From an uncultured Pelagibacteraceae bacterium (lineage in GTDB: Bacteria; Pseudomonadota; Alphaproteobacteria; Pelagibacterales; Pelagibacteraceae), in assembly GCA_902581605.1 (NCBI GenBank), contig CACHPE010000004.1, positions 26,901 through 90,900 of the forward strand: a stretch of 64,000 bases of DNA. Direction: 5' to 3'. Positions 31,991 to 41,019 of this stretch are shown here, piece by piece; position 1 is the first letter of the stretch, and the number at the start of each line of letters is the position of its first letter. Under the pieces are notes generated by a model. The model did not search any database and had not been told where the DNA came from. It saw only the letters and a program-made list of their open reading frames with translations. Both the position numbers and the translations under genes were made by a program.

Positions 31991-32018
31991 TACCACCCCG
32001 AGATTTATCGGGGTGGTA
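31991..32018 (+). terminator. GC-rich hairpin, probable intrinsic terminator
   Basis: Perfect 11-bp stem TACCACCCCGA-GATTTA-TCGGGGTGGTA 8 nt after the stop; tail AT-rich rather than pure poly-T. Confidence 0.65.
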
Positions 32019-32024
32019 ATTATT

Positions 32025-32249
32025 ATGGAAATATTTAAATTACTAATCTTTTTATTGGTTATTTTAGGCTTCTATTTTTTTTATGTATATCAAAAATACT
32101 TATGGGTTGGATTAGCTATTCTTGCTGATTTAGCTATATTAGGATTTATTGCGTCAGGAGCATGGCCATTAATTTTGATCACCGGGATACCGGTAACAAT
32201 TTTAAACTATTTTGCTTTTCAAAATATTGTTGATGTAAATAAAAAGTAA
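32025..32249 (+). CDS. Small hydrophobic membrane protein (74 aa)
   Basis: About three hydrophobic segments; ATG 32025 preferred over the GTG inside the hairpin. Confidence 0.6.
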   Translation: MEIFKLLIFLLVILGFYFFYVYQKYLWVGLAILADLAILGFIASGAWPLILITGIPVTILNYFAFQNIVDVNKK

Positions 32250-32253
32250 AGAT

Positions 32254-33321
32254 TTATTTAGAAATTAATCTTTGTCTTAGATAATCAATAGGATAAGTTC
32301 GTCCATTTATATCACAGTGCCAAAAAGTCCATCCGTTGCAACTTTCAGCTCCTAAAATAGTAGCTGCAACTTTGTGTATAGAACCCTCGGCTTGATTATG
32401 TTTTATACTACCATCAGCCATAATTCTGGCTGTTATTTTTTTCTTATTATCAAAAATATTAGTTCCAGGTTTAATTATTCCAAGCTCAACTAATGAACCA
32501 AAAGGAATTCTTGGTTTTGATCTATTATTTTTTAGAGTATCTAATAAATCGTCTTCAATAGGCTTTGTTGTTTTTAAGCGTTGCTCAGCAGCTTTCAAAT
32601 AATTTTTTTCTTTTTCTATTCCAAAATAATTTCTTCCTAGTTTTTTTGCTACTGTAGCTGTTGTTCCTGATCCTAAAAAAGGATCAAGTATGAGGTCATT
32701 TTTATTTGATGTAGCTAGTAAAATTCTGTGTAATAGTGCTTCTGGTTTTTGTGTAGAGTGAATTTTTTTTCCATCCTTTTTAAGTCTTTCAGAACCATTG
32801 CATATTGGAAGATTCCAATTAGATCTCATTTGAAGATCATCATTTAAACATTTTAAAGATTGATAATTAAATGTATATTTTGATTTCTCACTTTTAGAAG
32901 CCCATATTAAAGTTTCATGAGCATTAGTAAAACGTGTCCCTCTAAAGTTTGGCATTGGATTATTTTTATTCCAAATAACATCATTTAAAATCCAGAAACC
33001 TAAATTTTGTATTGCCGTGCCAACTCTAAAAATATTATGGTAGCTTCCTATAACCCAAATAGCTCCATCTTTTTTTAAAATTCTTTTACATTCACTAAGC
33101 CATTCATAAGTGAAATCATCATATTTTTTAAAATTTTCAAATTGATCCCATTTATCATTTACCGCACTAACCTTTGATCTATCCGGTCTTGTTAATTCAC
33201 TTTTTAATTGTAAGTTGTAAGGAGGGTCAGCAAAAATTAAATCAAAAGTTTCACGTGGAATTTTTTTTAATTCTTCGAGACTATCTCCATTAATTATTTT
33301 ATTTTTGAAATCAGTTTTCAT
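32254..33321 (-). CDS. ccrM: CcrM-type adenine DNA methyltransferase
   Basis: FADPPYNLQL, NPMPNFRGTRFTNAHETLIW, HSTQKPE, DPFLGSGTT, C-terminal SCNGWTFWH domain; next to rnhB. Confidence 0.93.
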   Translation of the reverse strand: MKTDFKNKIINGDSLEELKKIPRETFDLIFADPPYNLQLKSELTRPDRSKVSAVNDKWDQFENFKKYDDFTYEWLSECKRILKKDGAIWVIGSYHNIFRVGTAIQNLGFWILNDVIWNKNNPMPNFRGTRFTNAHETLIWASKSEKSKYTFNYQSLKCLNDDLQMRSNWNLPICNGSERLKKDGKKIHSTQKPEALLHRILLATSNKNDLILDPFLGSGTTATVAKKLGRNYFGIEKEKNYLKAAEQRLKTTKPIEDDLLDTLKNNRSKPRIPFGSLVELGIIKPGTNIFDNKKKITARIMADGSIKHNQAEGSIHKVAATILGAESCNGWTFWHCDINGRTYPIDYLRQRLISK

Positions 33322-33425
33322 TTGTAAAAATTAATTAGACTCCAAATGGATTCTACGGTCAACCTGAGATTGAAAAATTTGGATTCGATTAGTGTTTCTA
33401 AATTAGAAGGTAACTAGATGTAGTG

Positions 33426-33989
33426 TTAATTTATTTTAGATATTGGTGAAAAAGTTTTTCTATGATGTTTAGTAATACCTAATTTTTTTAAAGCTTTTAA
33501 ATGCTGTTTTGTTCCGTACCCAAAGTTTTTATCCCAGTCATAACCTTTATTTTTTTTTGACAAGGTAGTTATAAATTTATCCCTTGATACTTTTGCAATT
33601 ATAGAAGCTGCCGAAATAGAGGGGATTTTTTTATCTCCTTTAATAACTGATTTTAAATTGTAATTTTCTAATTCTGGAGATTTGTTTCCATCTATCAGAA
33701 CGTGTGTTGGTTTTTTTTTAAGGTTTTTGATGGCTCTTTTCATAGCAAGCAAGCTTGCTTGTAATATATTTAGCGCTTCTATTTCTTTGACAGAAGCTTT
33801 CCCTATAGACCAAGTAGAATTTTTTTTTATATAAGTACACAGATTCTCTCTCTCTTTTTTACTTAATGATTTTGAGTCTTTTAATAATTTTCGATTAATT
33901 GATTTTTTTAAAATTACTGCTGAAGCATAAACAGGCCCAATTAAACTTCCTCTACCAACTTCATCAACCCCAGCAATTATCTTCATCAA
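33426..33989 (-). CDS. rnhB: Ribonuclease HII
   Basis: GVDEVGRG, DSK, IDGN, SAASIIAKVSRD, GYGT motifs. Confidence 0.96.
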   Translation of the reverse strand: MMKIIAGVDEVGRGSLIGPVYASAVILKKSINRKLLKDSKSLSKKERENLCTYIKKNSTWSIGKASVKEIEALNILQASLLAMKRAIKNLKKKPTHVLIDGNKSPELENYNLKSVIKGDKKIPSISAASIIAKVSRDKFITTLSKKNKGYDWDKNFGYGTKQHLKALKKLGITKHHRKTFSPISKIN

Positions 33990-34705
33990 ATTTTTAACTT
34001 CAGATCTTTGATTTTGTCTCTAATTTTCTTTAAATCTTCCCATGAGTGTTTTTTATTTTCTGGAAAACGGATTAAATAAGATGGATTAAAAGTTATCATT
34101 AAAGGGAATGTTTTGTTTTTTAAAATCACTTCCTTCCAATGTCCTCTTTCAGTAGTTATTTTTTCACTTATTCCTGTTACAGCCTCCATTGCTGAACTAC
34201 CCATCAAAACAATAATCTTTGGGTTTATAATGGATATATGCTCCTTCAAAAATACTGAGTATCTTCTAATTTCAGTTAAGGTTGGTTTTCTGTCATCAGG
34301 TGGTCTAAAATTGATTGCATAACTAGTGTAAATATTTTGTCTCTTAATATTGATAGCTATAAGCATTTTGTTAAGAAGTTCGCCAACTTCACCTTTAAAT
34401 GGGACACCCAATTTTTCTTCTTCAGCCCCAGGAGATTCTCCAATTAACATCAAAGGGCTATTTATATTTCCCTCACCTAAAATGATTTTGTTTGAATTTT
34501 CTTTCAATTTACAATTTTCAATTGAATTTATTTGATCTTTTAAATTTTTAAGTAATTCTTTTTTATTAATTTGCAGGGTGTCATTGTCCGTTTCTAAAAC
34601 ATTGAATCTATTTATTGGCTTATCTGCGAATATAAATTTTGGCTCAATGGTATTAATTAGTTCTTGGTTTAATTTGGTATTTTGATTTATCACTTTTTTA
34701 GTCAT
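33986..34705 (-). CDS. Uracil-DNA glycosylase family 4-like protein
   Basis: IGESPGAEEEKLGVPFKGEVGELL, RPP..R.P, NPSYL motifs. Confidence 0.82.
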   Translation of the reverse strand: MTKKVINQNTKLNQELINTIEPKFIFADKPINRFNVLETDNDTLQINKKELLKNLKDQINSIENCKLKENSNKIILGEGNINSPLMLIGESPGAEEEKLGVPFKGEVGELLNKMLIAINIKRQNIYTSYAINFRPPDDRKPTLTEIRRYSVFLKEHISIINPKIIVLMGSSAMEAVTGISEKITTERGHWKEVILKNKTFPLMITFNPSYLIRFPENKKHSWEDLKKIRDKIKDLKLKI

Positions 34706-34716
34706 AGTATGGTTAC

Positions 34717-36402
34717 ATGTTCCTAAAATTTCTAAAATTAGTACTATTAATATTCATATCTTATCAGACACCTTTGTATTCTAAAAGTGCTACTTTTAAT
34801 GATTTCAACTCAAGAGATTTATCAAATTATTTTTCTGGAATTGTTGCATTTGAAAATCGAGATAATTCAAAAGCTTTAAAATTTTATAATTTAACCAAAG
34901 TATTAATTAACAAACATGACAGTTATTTAAAAAGATATGTAAACTCCTTAGTTTTAGATAACAAAGTACCTCAAGCAATTAATGTATTAAATAACAATGC
35001 AAACAAATCTAATTCAGATTTTTATGATGCGTATGTAATTTTAATAATTGATAGTTTAAAAAAAAATAACTTTAAAAAGGCTGAAGAATATTTAACACAA
35101 AGTTTAAAATTTCAAGATGAAGATAGGATTAACCTAGTTATATTTGAAACTCTAAAACAGTACATTTATACATTTAAAAATAAAAAAATATTAGATAACA
35201 AAAAAAATTTTGGGAACCTGTCTCTTATAGCTGAGACTTTCCAAAGATGTTATATTGAGGATAAAAGAACCTCATCATTTTTTCTTAATTTAATAAATAA
35301 TCAACAAGGTGATTATTCAAGATACATTTTTTTTTATCTTAATCATTTAATAGACAACAACAAATTAAATGAAGCAAGATTAGTTGTTAAGCAAATTGAT
35401 TATATAAATTCAACACTTTTACTTTCACAAAGTAAAAGTTGGGTAGATAAAGAAAAATTCGATGATTTTAGAAAAATTTTTTCATGCAAAGATCATAATG
35501 ATCTTGTAAGTGAGTTTTTATTTTTAATCTCTAATCTTTATTCATCTCAAGATAATTTTGAAAAATCAAATTTTTATTTAAATTTGTCAAACTATTTAAA
35601 TCCTAAGTTTGAATTTAATCTGTCATTGGTTGCAGAAAATTTTTATCTTAATGATGAATTTGATAAAGTACAAAGAATCTTAAAAAACTTTAAAAAAGAA
35701 GATGAATTTTATTATTGGTTTAGATTAAAAAAAGAAGCTCAAATAATAATTCAAGAGCAGGATTATGAAAATGGAATTAAATATATAGATTCAAAATTTA
35801 ATAAAATTGAAAATCCAAATATAAAAATGATTTTTGATTTAGCTAATTTTTATAAAAATTCTAAAAATTATGAAAAGGCAATAGATCGTTATACAGAAAT
35901 TATTTTAACACTGGATGACAATTCACTAATTAAATCAGATGTATTGTATCGTAGAGGTGGTAGCTATGAAAGAATGGGTAATTATGAAAAGTCAGATGAA
36001 GATTTATTGCACGCACTTAAAATTGATCCTAGTGATGCATATATTTTGAATTACCTTGCTTACTCTTGGTTAGAGCGTGATTATAAAATTAATGAAGCAA
36101 TGGATATGTTGAAAACAGCATATGATTTAAAAAGCAATGATCCATATATTATTGATTCAATTGGATGGGCTTATTTTTTAATACAGGATTATGTAGAAGC
36201 AGAAAAGTATTTAAAAAGAGCTGTAGAATTAATGCCAGATGACCCAATCGTGAATGATCATTATGGAGACATTTTATGGAAATTAAATCGAAAAATTCAA
36301 GCAAGATATTTTTGGAACAACGTATTAACTTTTGATGACACCGAAGATGATATGATAGAAAAAATCAATATTAAAGTAATTGAGGGTCTTAAAAATTCCT
36401 AA
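34717..36402 (+). CDS. Tetratricopeptide repeat protein
   Basis: ILNYLAYSW, IIDSIGWAY, DHYGDILW...QARYFW; conserved position before ispE. Confidence 0.88.
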   Translation: MFLKFLKLVLLIFISYQTPLYSKSATFNDFNSRDLSNYFSGIVAFENRDNSKALKFYNLTKVLINKHDSYLKRYVNSLVLDNKVPQAINVLNNNANKSNSDFYDAYVILIIDSLKKNNFKKAEEYLTQSLKFQDEDRINLVIFETLKQYIYTFKNKKILDNKKNFGNLSLIAETFQRCYIEDKRTSSFFLNLINNQQGDYSRYIFFYLNHLIDNNKLNEARLVVKQIDYINSTLLLSQSKSWVDKEKFDDFRKIFSCKDHNDLVSEFLFLISNLYSSQDNFEKSNFYLNLSNYLNPKFEFNLSLVAENFYLNDEFDKVQRILKNFKKEDEFYYWFRLKKEAQIIIQEQDYENGIKYIDSKFNKIENPNIKMIFDLANFYKNSKNYEKAIDRYTEIILTLDDNSLIKSDVLYRRGGSYERMGNYEKSDEDLLHALKIDPSDAYILNYLAYSWLERDYKINEAMDMLKTAYDLKSNDPYIIDSIGWAYFLIQDYVEAEKYLKRAVELMPDDPIVNDHYGDILWKLNRKIQARYFWNNVLTFDDTEDDMIEKINIKVIEGLKNS

Positions 36403-37248
36403 ATGAAAATTAATAAAATTAAATCTAATGCAAAGTTAAATTTAGCACTAAATATCACTGGAAAAAAAAAGGTTTTACATAAAATTGAAAGTATAATTGG
36501 TTTCATAGATTTACATGATGTTATTTCGATAAATCAATATAATGGAAAAAAACACCAAATTTCTTTTTATGGAAAGTTTTCAAAAAAAATTGGAAAAAAA
36601 AATACTGTTCAAAAACTATTTCAAATTCTAGATAAAGAAAATTTATTAAAAAATAAAAAATTCAAAGTTAAAATTAAAAAATTAATTCCGCAAGAAGCTG
36701 GGTTGGGTGGGGGATCGATGAATGCAGCTAGTGTGTTTAATTATCTGGTTAAAAAAAAAATTATTAATCTTAATTATCAAAAAACTCGAAGTATTTGTGA
36801 CTTGGTTGGTTCCGATGTTATTCTGGGAACCATCTCATCCAGCTGTGTGTTGTCATCTGGTGGTAGAATAAAAAAGATTGATAATACTCCAAAATATTAC
36901 TCTACTTTAGTAAAGCCTGATTTTGGGTGCTCAACTAAAAAAATATACTCAGCTGTTCGAAAGTATACAAAATCAAAATATAACAAACCTAAAAAAAACA
37001 TGTTTGGAGTAAAATATTTGATTGATCAACAAAATGCCCTTGAAACAATAGCACTCAAAAAATATCCAAAACTTAAAAAAATAAAGTTGTTCTTAGAAAG
37101 TATAAATAATCCATTATTTGTAAGAATGACTGGTTCAGGATCAACAATTGTTGCCTATTATAATTCATTAAAGAGTTGTAAGTTGGCAAAAGCTAAATTT
37201 AAAAGAAAATATAAAAATTATTGGTGTGTTACAGCAAAAACTATATGA
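36403..37248 (+). CDS. ispE: 4-diphosphocytidyl-2-C-methyl-D-erythritol kinase
   Basis: AKLNLAL, AGLGGGS, GSDV, RMTGSGST motifs. Confidence 0.92.
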   Translation: MKINKIKSNAKLNLALNITGKKKVLHKIESIIGFIDLHDVISINQYNGKKHQISFYGKFSKKIGKKNTVQKLFQILDKENLLKNKKFKVKIKKLIPQEAGLGGGSMNAASVFNYLVKKKIINLNYQKTRSICDLVGSDVILGTISSSCVLSSGGRIKKIDNTPKYYSTLVKPDFGCSTKKIYSAVRKYTKSKYNKPKKNMFGVKYLIDQQNALETIALKKYPKLKKIKLFLESINNPLFVRMTGSGSTIVAYYNSLKSCKLAKAKFKRKYKNYWCVTAKTI

Positions 37249-37281
37249 ATTTTATATTTTTATGTTATAGGAAGCTAGTAT

Positions 37282-37355
37282 TGGGGCGTAGCCAAGCGGT
37301 AAGGCACGGGTTTTTGGTACCTGCATCCTAGGTTCGAATCCTAGCGCCCCAGCCA
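37282..37355 (+). tRNA. tRNA-Gln (anticodon TTG)
   Basis: Acceptor TGGGGCG/CGCCCCA, anticodon arm CGGGT-TTTTGGT-ACCTG, T-loop GGTTCGAATCC, encoded CCA. Confidence 0.97.
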
Positions 37356-37358
37356 TTT

Positions 37359-38633
37359 ATGAAAAATTTTTTAGATAAATTTTTTTCCCGATCAAAAAAT
37401 CTTGATTATATCGGTCAAAATTTAAAACAAATTACTTTAACAACACCCGCAAATAAAATTTTTAAAGCAATTAATAATTTTTCAGAGAAAAGCGAAATCA
37501 GATATGTGGGTGGGTGTGTAAGAAAAGTAATAAAAAAAGAAAATGTTGATGATATTGACCTAGCAACAAATTTAACACCTCTGGAAGTTTGTGAAGCTCT
37601 TAAAAATGAACAAATAAGTTATTACGAAACAGGAATTGAACACGGAACTATAACTGCAATAATTGACGAGTATAAATATGAAATTACTTCTTTAAGAAAG
37701 GACATCTCAACTGATGGAAGACATGCTGAAGTAGAATTTACTTTAGATTGGAAGGAAGATGCCTCTAGAAGGGATTTTACCATTAATTCAATTTATGCAG
37801 ATGGCGATGGAAATTTATTTGATCCATTTAATGGTAAAAAAGATTTAGAGGAGGGTTATATTAATTTTATTGGTAATGTGGAAAAAAGAATTCAAGAGGA
37901 TTATTTACGTATTTTAAGGTATTTAAGATTTTATTTAAATTACTCAAATCATAATCACCAGTCAAAAATAATAAAAGATATAAAAAAAAATGTTGATGGG
38001 ATTTCAAATATATCATCTGAAAGGTTAATTGATGAACTAAAAAAAATAACGAGTTCAAACGGATTTTTAAAACTGTTTAAAGATAAAGAAAGTTTAGAAC
38101 TAATAGAAATAATTTTCCCTCAATTAAAAAATATTAAAAATTTTAAAAAACAAAATTCTTATGCTGCAGAGAATTTTTTAAAAATTGATTTTATATTTTT
38201 AATTGCACTTTTAGTGATTGATGGGACTGATAATACTGATTATTTTATTTATAAATTTAAAATATCTAAAAAAGATCAGAAAAGATTAAAATTGATAGAT
38301 CTTTTTTATAGAGAAAAAATGACTCTAAACAACTTTACAGAGAAAAACTTGAATAAATTTTTTTATTTCAATGGGCGACAAGCTGTAATAGATATAATTA
38401 ATTTTAAAATTTTTACCTCAAACAAGGTAGAGAAAAAACTAATCAAACTATTAGATACTTATAAAGAGAAAGTAATTCCAACTTTGCCAATAGGGGCCGA
38501 TCTACTAATGTCTAAATTTCAAATTCCTGAGGGTAAAACTTTAGGTAATAAATTAAAAAAGATAGAAGAAACTTGGGTTCAAAACGGATTTCAAATTTCA
38601 GATAAGCAACTGCAACAAATAGTTAAAAGTTAA
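37359..38633 (+). CDS. cca: CCA tRNA nucleotidyltransferase / poly(A) polymerase family
   Basis: VGGCVR, DIDLAT, RRDFTIN, EDYLRILR motifs. Confidence 0.9.
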   Translation: MKNFLDKFFSRSKNLDYIGQNLKQITLTTPANKIFKAINNFSEKSEIRYVGGCVRKVIKKENVDDIDLATNLTPLEVCEALKNEQISYYETGIEHGTITAIIDEYKYEITSLRKDISTDGRHAEVEFTLDWKEDASRRDFTINSIYADGDGNLFDPFNGKKDLEEGYINFIGNVEKRIQEDYLRILRYLRFYLNYSNHNHQSKIIKDIKKNVDGISNISSERLIDELKKITSSNGFLKLFKDKESLELIEIIFPQLKNIKNFKKQNSYAAENFLKIDFIFLIALLVIDGTDNTDYFIYKFKISKKDQKRLKLIDLFYREKMTLNNFTEKNLNKFFYFNGRQAVIDIINFKIFTSNKVEKKLIKLLDTYKEKVIPTLPIGADLLMSKFQIPEGKTLGNKLKKIEETWVQNGFQISDKQLQQIVKS

Positions 38634-39106
38634 ATATATTTAACATCTTTGATTTCAAAATTTTTTGTACCGGAGGGTGTATTTATTTCAACTAAATCAC
38701 TTTTATTTTTTCCAATCAACCCTTTACCAATTGGTGATTGAAAGAAAATTAGTTTTTGATTTAAATCTGCCTCATCTCTTCCTACAATTTTATAATTAAT
38801 TTTTTCACCTGTATCTAAATCCTCTAAATAAACTGTTGATCCAAAAATTACTTTTCCCTCATTATTTATTTTTGTAACGTCAATAACATTTGCTCTTGCG
38901 ATAATATCGTTGATTTCGGTTATTCTTCCCTCATTATGAGATTGTTCTTCTTTAGCTGCATGATATTCAGCATTTTCTTTAAGATCTCCATGAGATCTTG
39001 CTTCAGCAATTGCCGCTACTATTTCAGGTCTTTTTTTTTCTTTTAAAAAAACTAATTCTTCTTTTAGTTTATTTAATCCGTTTGATGTTATTGGCTCTTT
39101 ATCCAT
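38630..39106 (-). CDS. greA: Transcription elongation factor GreA
   Basis: HGDLKENAEYHAAKE, SPIGKGL motifs; start moved to ATG 39106. Confidence 0.96.
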   Translation of the reverse strand: MDKEPITSNGLNKLKEELVFLKEKKRPEIVAAIAEARSHGDLKENAEYHAAKEEQSHNEGRITEINDIIARANVIDVTKINNEGKVIFGSTVYLEDLDTGEKINYKIVGRDEADLNQKLIFFQSPIGKGLIGKNKSDLVEINTPSGTKNFEIKDVKYI

Positions 39107-39108
39107 TT

Positions 39109-39936
39109 TTATTTCCATTTTGCAATTGGAGGTAATGACATTAAAATTCCTTCAACATTACCACCTGTTTGTAGTCCAAATTTTGTTCCTCTATCATAGA
39201 GTAAATTAAATTCTGCGTATCGACCTCTTTTAATATACTGAAACTCTTTATCTTTTAAAGTCCATTTTCTTTTTATCTTTTTTTTAATTATTTCATTAAA
39301 TAGCATTTGAAATGTAACACCAACATCTCTGACAAATTTAAAGTCATTTTCAAAATTATCATTTTTATAGTCAAAAAAGATTCCACCTATACCTCTTGCT
39401 TCTTTTCTGTGAGGTAGATAAAAATATTCATCACACCACTTTTTATATTTTTTATAATAATTTTTATTATGTCTATCGCACATTGCTTTTAATATTTTAT
39501 GAAAGTTTTTCTTTTCTTTTTCATCTTTTATTGCTGGGGTTACATCCATCCCCCCACCAAACCAATTCTTTGTTGTACAAATAAATCTGGTATTAAAATG
39601 CATTGCAGGAATATGGGGATTTTGCATGTGCATAACTATTGATATTCCTGATGCCCAAAATCTAGGATCTTTACTTGCGCCTGGTATATTCTTTTGAAAT
39701 TGCTTAGGAAATTTTCCATAAACATTTGAAAAATTTACTCCTACTTTTTCAAAAATTTTTCCATTTTTAAGAATTCTATATTCACCACCACCTTCATCTT
39801 TTTTATAGCTTCTTTTCCAAGAAGTTGATTCAAAATTTACTTTATTTTTTTCAATTTTTAAAATGTCGTCGCATATTGCATCTTGTAATAACTTAAACCA
39901 GTTACTCGCTAAGTCTTTTTTGATTGATATATCCAT
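39109..39936 (-). CDS. hemF: Oxygen-dependent coproporphyrinogen III oxidase
   Basis: EKVGVNFS, WFGGGMD, RGIGGIFFD, RGRYAEFNLLYDRGTKFGL motifs. Confidence 0.96.
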   Translation of the reverse strand: MDISIKKDLASNWFKLLQDAICDDILKIEKNKVNFESTSWKRSYKKDEGGGEYRILKNGKIFEKVGVNFSNVYGKFPKQFQKNIPGASKDPRFWASGISIVMHMQNPHIPAMHFNTRFICTTKNWFGGGMDVTPAIKDEKEKKNFHKILKAMCDRHNKNYYKKYKKWCDEYFYLPHRKEARGIGGIFFDYKNDNFENDFKFVRDVGVTFQMLFNEIIKKKIKRKWTLKDKEFQYIKRGRYAEFNLLYDRGTKFGLQTGGNVEGILMSLPPIAKWK

Positions 39937-39937
39937 T

Positions 39938-40411
39938 TTATATTAATTCTATTTGACGCAAACTTTCTGCCAAAACAATGGCAACAGATGATGCAATATT
40001 AAGAGATCTTACTTGGTTATTCATTGGTATTTTTAAACGATTTTTTATAATTTTATGAACCTTTTCAGGCACTCCAGCACTTTCTCTGCCAAACAATATA
40101 GTATCTTCAGGCTTAAATTTAAATTTTGTATAATTTATTGAACCCTTAGTTGTCATCAATACAATTCTCTGTTTTTTTTTTGCTTCAAAAAATTTTTCTG
40201 AACTTTGATAAAACTCTATTTGACTAGAGTCCATATAGTCCATAACCACTCTTTTAAAGCGTTTGTCTGATAATAGAAAGCCACATGGTTCTATTATTTC
40301 TAGTTTAGCACCCAAACAAGCACAAGTTCTAATGATTGCAGCAGTATTCTGCGGTATATCAGGCTCATACAAAGCTATTTTAGGTCCTAAAATTGTTGAA
40401 TTATGTGTCAT
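39938..40411 (-). CDS. trmL: tRNA (cytidine34-2'-O)-methyltransferase
   Basis: PDIPQNT, FGRESAG, RSLNIA SPOUT motifs. Confidence 0.92.
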   Translation of the reverse strand: MTHNSTILGPKIALYEPDIPQNTAAIIRTCACLGAKLEIIEPCGFLLSDKRFKRVVMDYMDSSQIEFYQSSEKFFEAKKKQRIVLMTTKGSINYTKFKFKPEDTILFGRESAGVPEKVHKIIKNRLKIPMNNQVRSLNIASSVAIVLAESLRQIELI

Positions 40412-40503
40412 TCTTTCAGTAGCAAAATAATTATTTTATATTATATGAATTCGTATATTAACTGTTTTAAATCAAAAAGAGATAATAACAAAAGCTACTA
40501 AAA

Positions 40504-41013
40504 GTGTCTGAAAAAAAAACAAAAAGAAGAGATTTTTTATTTACAGCTACCACAGCTGTAGGAGCTGTTGGTGCAGCTGCAGTAGTGTGGCCAATGATAG
40601 ATCAAATGAATCCAGACGCTTCTGTTAAAGCATTAGCTAGTACAGAAGTTGATGTAAGTGCATTAACACCAGGAAATACATTAACTGTTTTGTGGAGAGG
40701 TAAACCTGTTTTTATAAGAAGAAGAACCCAAGAAGAAATTGATGAAGCAAGATCTGTCAAGATGGAGGATTTAATTCATCCTGAAAAAGATGAAGATAGA
40801 GCAAAAAACCCTGAGTGGCTTGTTATGTTAGGTGTATGTACCCACCTTGGATGTGTACCGCTAAATGATAAAGGTGATTATAATGGATGGTTCTGTCCAT
40901 GTCATGGATCTCATTATGATACATCTGGAAGAATAAGAAAAGGACCAGCACCTTGGAATATGGAAGTGCCTAAATACGAATTTGTCGATGCAAACACAAT
41001 AAAAATTGGATAA
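40504..41013 (+). CDS. petA: Rieske Fe-S subunit of bc1 complex
   Basis: Tat RRDFL, CTHLGC, CPCHGS motifs. Confidence 0.97.
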   Translation: MSEKKTKRRDFLFTATTAVGAVGAAAVVWPMIDQMNPDASVKALASTEVDVSALTPGNTLTVLWRGKPVFIRRRTQEEIDEARSVKMEDLIHPEKDEDRAKNPEWLVMLGVCTHLGCVPLNDKGDYNGWFCPCHGSHYDTSGRIRKGPAPWNMEVPKYEFVDANTIKIG

Positions 41014-41019
41014 AGAAAA

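Larger units (their letters stand above)
26398..32249. other. Accessory gene cassette with two divergent arms (no integrase seen)
   Basis: Ten non-housekeeping ORFs (helicase, HNH, phage-like regulators, PrsW, pLGIC, micro-ORFs) between core genes. Confidence 0.7.

Noticed and set aside
26380-32270. Prophage or integrative element with att sites
   Set aside because: No integrase, transposase or virion genes; the only shared boundary sequence seen is a trivial TTATTTA
26398-33321. Helicase/HNH plus the nearby methyltransferase as a restriction-modification system
   Set aside because: The MTase has CcrM hallmarks and its usual rnhB context, lies about 3.4 kb from the helicase operon and is separated from it by the oppositely oriented arm; best read as the orphan housekeeping MTase
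33322-33425. CtrA box upstream of ccrM
   Set aside because: No TTAA-N7-TTAA full site found; a single TTAA is uninformative in AT-rich DNA
37282-37355. tRNA-Gln as an island integration site
   Set aside because: Flanked directly by core genes; no duplicated tRNA 3' end noticed elsewhere in the window
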